A stretch of 64,000 nt of DNA from assembly GCA_040954595.2 (NCBI GenBank), contig CM082577.2, positions 10,007,846 through 10,071,845 of the forward strand, given 5' to 3'. Below are positions 57,544 to 64,000 of this stretch, one piece after another. Position numbers and translations under genes: made by a program. Within the stretch, counting starts at the first letter, position 1, and each line of letters begins with the position of its first letter. Under the pieces are notes generated by a model. That model saw only the letters and a program-made list of their open reading frames with translations. It had not been told where the DNA came from and ran no database searches. The DNA comes from Balanoglossus misakiensis. Lineage: Eukaryota; Animalia; Hemichordata.

Positions 57544-60207
57544 TTACCAATTATCCATTCGTGTGCTGTCCGCACAGTATAAGGGTCATGACCTTGGCCG
57601 GGCTTTCATGACCGATGAACTGGAACTAACGATTGGTTTGACAGTGACTACGACGTGCAGGACTCCCTGGTCTTAAACTAAGGTGTGAGGGGACAGATTT
57701 TGGCTGCGTCAGCGAGTGGATTTTTCTTTATTGCTTTCTTTGCCTAAATTGCCGTATTCCCCCGCGATGTGCATTTTTCCTGTCAAAATAATGGCCCGTG
57801 GATTTCTGATGTTTGCATTATTTCCCCTATTGTTCCCTTAATGGTAGAAATTCTAAAATCCCCCGTGTACAACGAATACTACAACTGATTCTGATCGCAG
57901 TTTAATCCTATGGAATTATCCCTAAATACGATAGTTCAAATCGTGTTGAGTGCAACTAGTCTCTATGGTGCATCTATATAAAATAAATATATATAGCCAC
58001 CTTCACGGACATCTGGTTCAGTAACTCTGCATTTATAGCAATACTAAAATTAACATGGCACTGCTGAAATTCGCCATGGAGGTAAATAAAGGGCTTTCAG
58101 TTAATATATCACAAAACACAAAAGTTCATTTAAAAAATCAGTTACAATTGATTAAGAACTGCAACGTGATTCCTACTACAGTGCACCCCATGTGAGAAAG
58201 ATGCATGACTTCTTTTGTATTACGCATTCTTGGGTCTGCATACAAAGCCGGGGTTTGAGTAAATGACTCTTGTTTCAACTAGGTCAAATGGTACATTACA
58301 CATTCTTGCCTCTATACAGTGTCTGGGCCTAAGTATAAACGACTATGTTTTAACTGGGTCAAATGGCAACCCTTCGACAAATACAGCCTTTCGTGTCGCG
58401 TTCGAATTGGCCCACGGGAAACACAAGTCACAGACTCGCGCTAATGGAAAGTATACTGTGAGGGGGACTGGGACAGGAATCAGACCGGGACGTTTTTGCG
58501 GACCAATGTCGACACCTTTCGGATGCAGAGCGAATCGTTGAAATGGTAAAAACGAACACTGCAGGAGGAGAACGACTACGAACGGCGGGACAAGCTGATT
58601 CGTCGATCGATGCCAGACGACATTTTTTTGTGTACTGCTGCGTCTCACTTTTCACGTTCTAATCTTGGCATGTTTGGAAGAAGTGCCTAATTACGTTCAA
58701 ATTAAGTGTTAATGCTCTCATCATTTCGGACGTTGAAGCGGTGTACAGTAGTGCTTTCCCAAATATACATGTGTGTGTGTAATTTTTGTGTGACCTGAAA
58801 CGATGTGAAACGCGATCTGGGTTGAAGGGGGTGAGGGAAAGTTTTGGTGTTCGCAACAGAGAGTGAACAATGCACCATTTAGTGCCAGTACGGTCAGCAC
58901 AATACCCTGCAGACGGGTTACCAGCACGGCGCGGTGCTTATGGACCGGCTTAGCTTTCAAGATCAGTGAACTGAGACTAATGAGCGGTCCGGTCACACAC
59001 TGACTTACATGTACACGGACAAAGGTCCCACAGTCAGGCTTTGGCTGCATCGACGGGATAGGCTAAGCTCATTCTTTGTTTTTATTTCCTTGGTGAATTC
59101 GCTTGTCTAAAAAGCTGACCGTCACACGCGTGACCTGAAGCACGTACTGAATTCTCCCACAAGTAGTCAGGATATTGAAAATTACCGGTACAAGAAAACT
59201 TTGGTAACTCCATGTCTTGAGGATAACACTCTAACGTGTATGGTTTATATGTCCGGGGGAAAAATTGAATTCAAGACGAACCGCTAAAAAAACTCAACAG
59301 CAACTTTTGGTGTTTAATAGTTCTCAGTTTTTGCATCACGTGATGTGTTTCCATTCCAGAAAAAAAAACTATGTGAAGTCACTCACCCGATTTTGGTAAC
59401 GTAAGAAGAAAAATGTCACCCTCCCTGACGTGGAATGTTCTTATTTTGTCGAGGGAGAGTCGTCTGCCGGAGTGCTTGATTGTGTCAGCGTCGACCATAC
59501 TTTTGTTCGAAACTCGCTGTGACTGCAGAGTGATTATGAGGTCATGCTGATAGGACAACGGGCCTGGATCACTGAAGCGCTGGGCACGGAAGCGCTATAT
59601 ATATCCTAGACTCTCTCACAGCCCGCCACGGTTCGCTACAAGGCTCTCCACTGACGCGCCCTCAACCGTTTAGCAAATGAGTAGCCCCATATGATGATGG
59701 GGGTATCTCTAGATATGGCTGGATGAAAAAAAACTTGGCTCTATGGTACGCAGACAAAACATCCTAGACAAAATTCATTTAGATGCCACAAAACTCCACT
59801 TCGGGCAATGTATACTGCTACCAATGGGAGCGATGGACTGTTCGATACTTTGACCGGAGATAGGAGGACCGTACCTCGTTTCAATTATCGGGGAATTATT
59901 GTGGGGAAACACGCAAGGATAAACATTTTCTTACAGCAAGAAATGTTTTGCTGCCGAGACTAGCACTGGACGCATGGTGTGACTGTGCGCAATCATATCA
60001 GCGGGCACGTAGGCGGTTTAGAAATCGAAATTAGACGAAAATGTAATTAAACGCGTCTATTCCTGACAGTGTCATATTTATTTTAATATATTTGAAATGC
60101 TGATTTTTTTTGTTTTCATATTCTCCATATCTTCACATCATCATTAGACTCGCTATAGCGCCCTCAACATTGTAGTGTTCTGCTCTTTTGTTATCATTGC
60201 ATGTTAA

Positions 60208-60391
60208 AGGTACACGGTCACCTCCAATTTACATATGTCCATAAATGGCCAAAATGGCGTATCTGAGTGTTCTAAAGAACATACGGTGAAGCTCTTTTTT
60301 CACTTGTGACATCCACTGAAAAGCTGTGATTGGATAGATCTCAGTTTGCCATGGTAACAGTAGCTAAATTTCTGTAGGTGACCGTAAACCT
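60208..60391. mobile_element. MITE family E (TTAA TSD)
   Basis: TTAA|AGGTACACGGTCACCT...AGGTGACCGTAAACCT|TTAA. Confidence 0.8.
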
Positions 60392-62312
60392 TTAACTCAG
60401 CAATAATGGTTTATCCAAGAAAAGACGGGAGAGACGTACGCGAGTGTATTAAATATATCAATCAGTAAGCTTAGTGGAAAAGTAAATGGCAAACGAAAGT
60501 TTTTTTTTGCAAAAATATGATTTTACTTTACAACCTCACGGACTCAATACAATACATTACGGCAGTGACTTGTGAATACAGGATAACAGAGAAAAGAAAG
60601 CAAAATATTTTCAATAAATTTCAATTATCACAAGTTGAAGTGTGGGCTTATGTTAAAATATTGATATGTATTAGAAAACTAGAGGCGTTATTTGAGAAGT
60701 TCACAATTCGATGTTGTAGCCTTAAAATTGTATAAACACGTATACCAATTACACACCACGTGGCGATACGCGCATGTCGAGAATAACGAGTCACTGCCCG
60801 CTTTGGCACAATGATATAATTCGTTCGTTCCGCAAAGGAAATTCTTACGACACCGCCTTGCTGCTCATAACCTCATGGAGGTTGCTGTTTTGAATTGTAT
60901 CTTTCAACAAACAACGAAGTGGATAAAAAAACACCATTTCACTTTAGAGTATAAAGAGGTACGCATATATGTGAAATGTTAAAATTCACAATCCAAGAAA
61001 AAAACATCCGTTCAATGGCGCTCGGTAGACATGGTCCGCACTTTCAGTAATTAAAACTACTTTGAAAAGATGTGTTTTCGGTTTGTTTTTGAATGTTTCC
61101 AGACTGACGAATTTTTTGTGGTAAGTCATTCCACAGTTTTGGAGCACACTAGTATGAGAGGGTAAGCCTGTCAAATGTCTTGTTGTTGTATGATGTACTG
61201 TACTGTATAGCAATCAAACAAACAATGTCACAATGACCCAGGAAGAGTGCGGGTGGACTCGAGGTCAATGACGCGTTCCGAAACGTAATGCAGTTAACTC
61301 ATAGTCAATTATCCTTTGGTCCTGTGGGCTATTTAAGTGAACCAAGCGTCCCTCAAGACTAAATGAGCATGAACGGTTACGTGTGCTGCTGCCGGGTGTC
61401 GTCTGCGTGTTGTCATAACAACAGACGTCGACGATTGGTGGGCCACGTAACGAGGCGTGCGCGCTTCTCCGTACGCCTTCGTTTCAAGGAATGCCGCATA
61501 TATGATATAGGAACACGCCAAATAGGCAGACATTTAGGGGCTTTTCATTAGTCTTTGCTGAAAAATTCGTTCTGAGGTAGAATGACATAATGAGTATAGC
61601 GGGGAAGCCACTCTTGCACGATTTCATAACATTGCGTCTCGCGCGTGATTTATGAAAGGGCGCACGACACGCGCTTCTACAGTTAATTAATGCTGACGTC
61701 AAAGTTATTCAATTATACAGTATTAGTCTTAAATTGGCAATGTGTTCTTTCGAATACATATAAGCGACAGGACATGTGCATGTAAAGATACGTGTCATAT
61801 TTCTTTTAATAAAATACACTTATCACAGACACAGTACAAAAAACTAAAAATGATTCAAAAACATCGGTTTTACATACGGTGTACAATAATTTATGATCTT
61901 CAAATGTAGTGATAAACAGCCAACTACGTTTAATCCATCATGTTTAACAACATACATCTAGGGTACATTTCCCACAAATTTTACAATGTAACGGTTCATG
62001 CCCTTGTATGATCACGCTCAAACAGTTTCGGCTTTGATCATTATGTTCGCCAACAAACTTGATAAGTTTACGAGGATCGTCCTATAGTAAAGAAATTTCT
62101 TTAATTTTCAGATACCTATCAGTTATACAAAAGAGCTGCATGATAATTAAGTATACGCTATACTGGTTTCGGAAATAGTCTTTCGGGTTATATAAAGTCT
62201 GAAAATGTTGTGATTTGCTTATTCGGCTGATTAAAGTACTTCTTTCCTTGAACAGAACTATATTGTGTGGAGAGTCCGTCGTCGACGCCTTCTCCGCGGC
62301 TCTCACAGAACT

Positions 62313-63347
62313 TCACCTGCTGCTGGTGGCCGGCGGTTGCGCGGGCGAGTTGTCCGAGTTCCGTCCGTCCGTCCGATCGAACTCGATCTGCGCCTTGCCG
62401 GGGTAGCAGCGGAACACCTTCTGGAAGGACTTCCTGAAGTTGTCGGAGAGGAAGGCGTAGATGATGGGGTTGACGCACGAGTTGGCGTACGACATGATGT
62501 TGCCCACCCAGATGGCGATCTGCACGGCGTCGCTGAAGGCCACCCACCCCAGCGTGATAGAGAGCACGATGACCTGGATGGGCATCCAGCACACGCAGAA
62601 GATGATGACCACGATGACCACCATCCGGGTCACCTTCTTCTTCTGCTTGACGTTGCCCTGGGTGTTGGCGCCCTGCGGCACCACGCCCGTCCACAGGCGC
62701 TTCAGCAGCAGAAAGTACGTGATGGTGATGACGACCAGCGGGAGGAAGTACGAGGTGAAGAACAGCTGGACCCAGAAGAGCTTGTTCTCCGAGGCGGAGA
62801 ACGTCTGCACGCAGTACACCACCAGGCGCCCGTACGGGTCCCGGAAGCTGACGGTGGTGAACTTGGTGAGGATGGGGCTGAGGACCACCACCACCACGCC
62901 CCACATGGTCACCACCACCCCGGTGGCGTTGCGCACGTTGCGGATCTTCATGGAGCGTATAGGGTAGACGACGGCCAGGAAGCGGTCGATCGACATCACC
63001 AGCAGGGTGTACACGCTGGCGTACAGATTCACGAACTGCAGGTAGTTGGTGATTTTGCACATGAACCTCCCGAACGGCCACGACACGGTCGCGTAGCCGA
63101 CCGCCGTGAAGGGGACAAACAGGATCAAGAAGAGAAAGTCTGCCACGCTCAGGTTCAATATGAACAAATTGGTCGTCGTTTTCATCTTGCGCTCCTTCAG
63201 GACCACGTAGATGACCAGGGCGTTTCCGATCAGGCCGACCACGCACGTCAGACCGAAGACGACGGGTATGACGTAAGTCTCGACGATGGCCACAGGTGCC
63301 GCCGGATATGACGTCAGCGTGTCGTTCTTGACAGTTTCATTGGACAT
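62313..63347 (-). CDS. Rhodopsin-class neuropeptide GPCR, galanin/allatostatin-A receptor-like, intronless CDS, 344 aa
   Basis: Seven TM segments. Motifs GLIGNALVI, TTNLFILNLSVADFLF, WPFGRFMCK, SIDRFLAVVYP, KKKVTRMVVIVV, CWMP, YANSCVNPIIYAFLSDNFRKSF. N-glycosylation sequons follow the Met at 63347, and a splice acceptor lies in the 5' UTR at ~63375. Confidence 0.92.
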   Translation of the reverse strand: MSNETVKNDTLTSYPAAPVAIVETYVIPVVFGLTCVVGLIGNALVIYVVLKERKMKTTTNLFILNLSVADFLFLILFVPFTAVGYATVSWPFGRFMCKITNYLQFVNLYASVYTLLVMSIDRFLAVVYPIRSMKIRNVRNATGVVVTMWGVVVVVLSPILTKFTTVSFRDPYGRLVVYCVQTFSASENKLFWVQLFFTSYFLPLVVITITYFLLLKRLWTGVVPQGANTQGNVKQKKKVTRMVVIVVIIFCVCWMPIQVIVLSITLGWVAFSDAVQIAIWVGNIMSYANSCVNPIIYAFLSDNFRKSFQKVFRCYPGKAQIEFDRTDGRNSDNSPAQPPATSSR

Positions 63348-64000
63348 GGTGTATATGTTGGTTCGTTTGTCAACCTGCAAAAGAAGAATTTAAATCGTTA
63401 AAGATGGAAGCACATGGCAAGATTTCGCGGGCTATATGTCCGAACATCACAGCAATTTCGTTCAACCCAAGTAATTATTTCAGTATGCCTACGAATCACC
63501 TGACGAATCTGATCGATGGCTTGGATAAAAACAGTAATGTCGTTTACCGGGTTTTGATTGGCTGCAGGTTGAAAGTCAAATAGCAGACGGTGCGTTTCTC
63601 ACGCCAGTGCGTTCTATATGGCAGAAAAACAGCAAATGTCGACGCCTTTCGCGTGCGCCGGGATCAGAAGCCCAGACAAAACTGACCGGTTTGTTTCCAG
63701 CGCACGGTAATTATACGCAGCCCGGCCAACGTAGGCGGTGTATATAAGCATGCAGCAATTTGCCAGTGAATGAGCGTATAACAAAGATGGGTTTGCAAAT
63801 TTAGCGTGAGCACGGGAACTATCAATTGATTACATGTTACAGTGGTTTAGATGCAGGACACATTGTAATTGCCATACAAGTTACATGTAGACAGTGGGTA
63901 ACACAACGTGAATATACATTGTACACACCCCTTCCCCTTGTTGTTGATAGAAATAATATGAGTATGGTACGCCCCCCCCCCCCATCTCGTATTGCAACGG

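Noticed and set aside
62188-63311. Long alternative-frame and antisense ORFs over the GPCR
   Set aside because: They are a by-product of high GC3 and show no recognisable protein features.

Overview
This is AT-rich, intron-containing animal genomic DNA. It looks like a marine invertebrate, possibly a deuterostome, but that is tentative. From left to right it holds: (1) the 3' six coding exons of a GH18 di-N-acetylchitobiase (CTBS). (2) A ~10-11.5 kb tandem triplication (~5072-36186). Each unit carries an 11-exon gene for a secreted protein: signal peptide, LamG/ConA-like domain, hevein-like Cys module, then a polycystin/adhesion-GPCR-type GAIN-GPS region. In all three copies the ORF stops exactly at the GPS autoproteolysis site (HL*). 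(3) A convergent 12-exon minus-strand gene for a secreted protein with six exon-encoded Cys/Asp-rich repeats and Lys-rich repeats; orphan copies of its 3' exons were carried along in the duplication. (4) An ~800-aa IFIT-like TPR gene with an extra C-terminal domain that looks HEPN-like, under a promoter with IRF/NF-kB-like sites. (5) A cytosolic sulfotransferase whose first coding exon was not found. (6) A Helentron/HINE-like element with 237-bp internal repeats. (7) An intronless galanin/allatostatin-A-type GPCR. There are also many TTAA-inserting MITEs and microsatellites. All gene models were assembled by eye from splice sites and reading-frame phase; no database searches were run.
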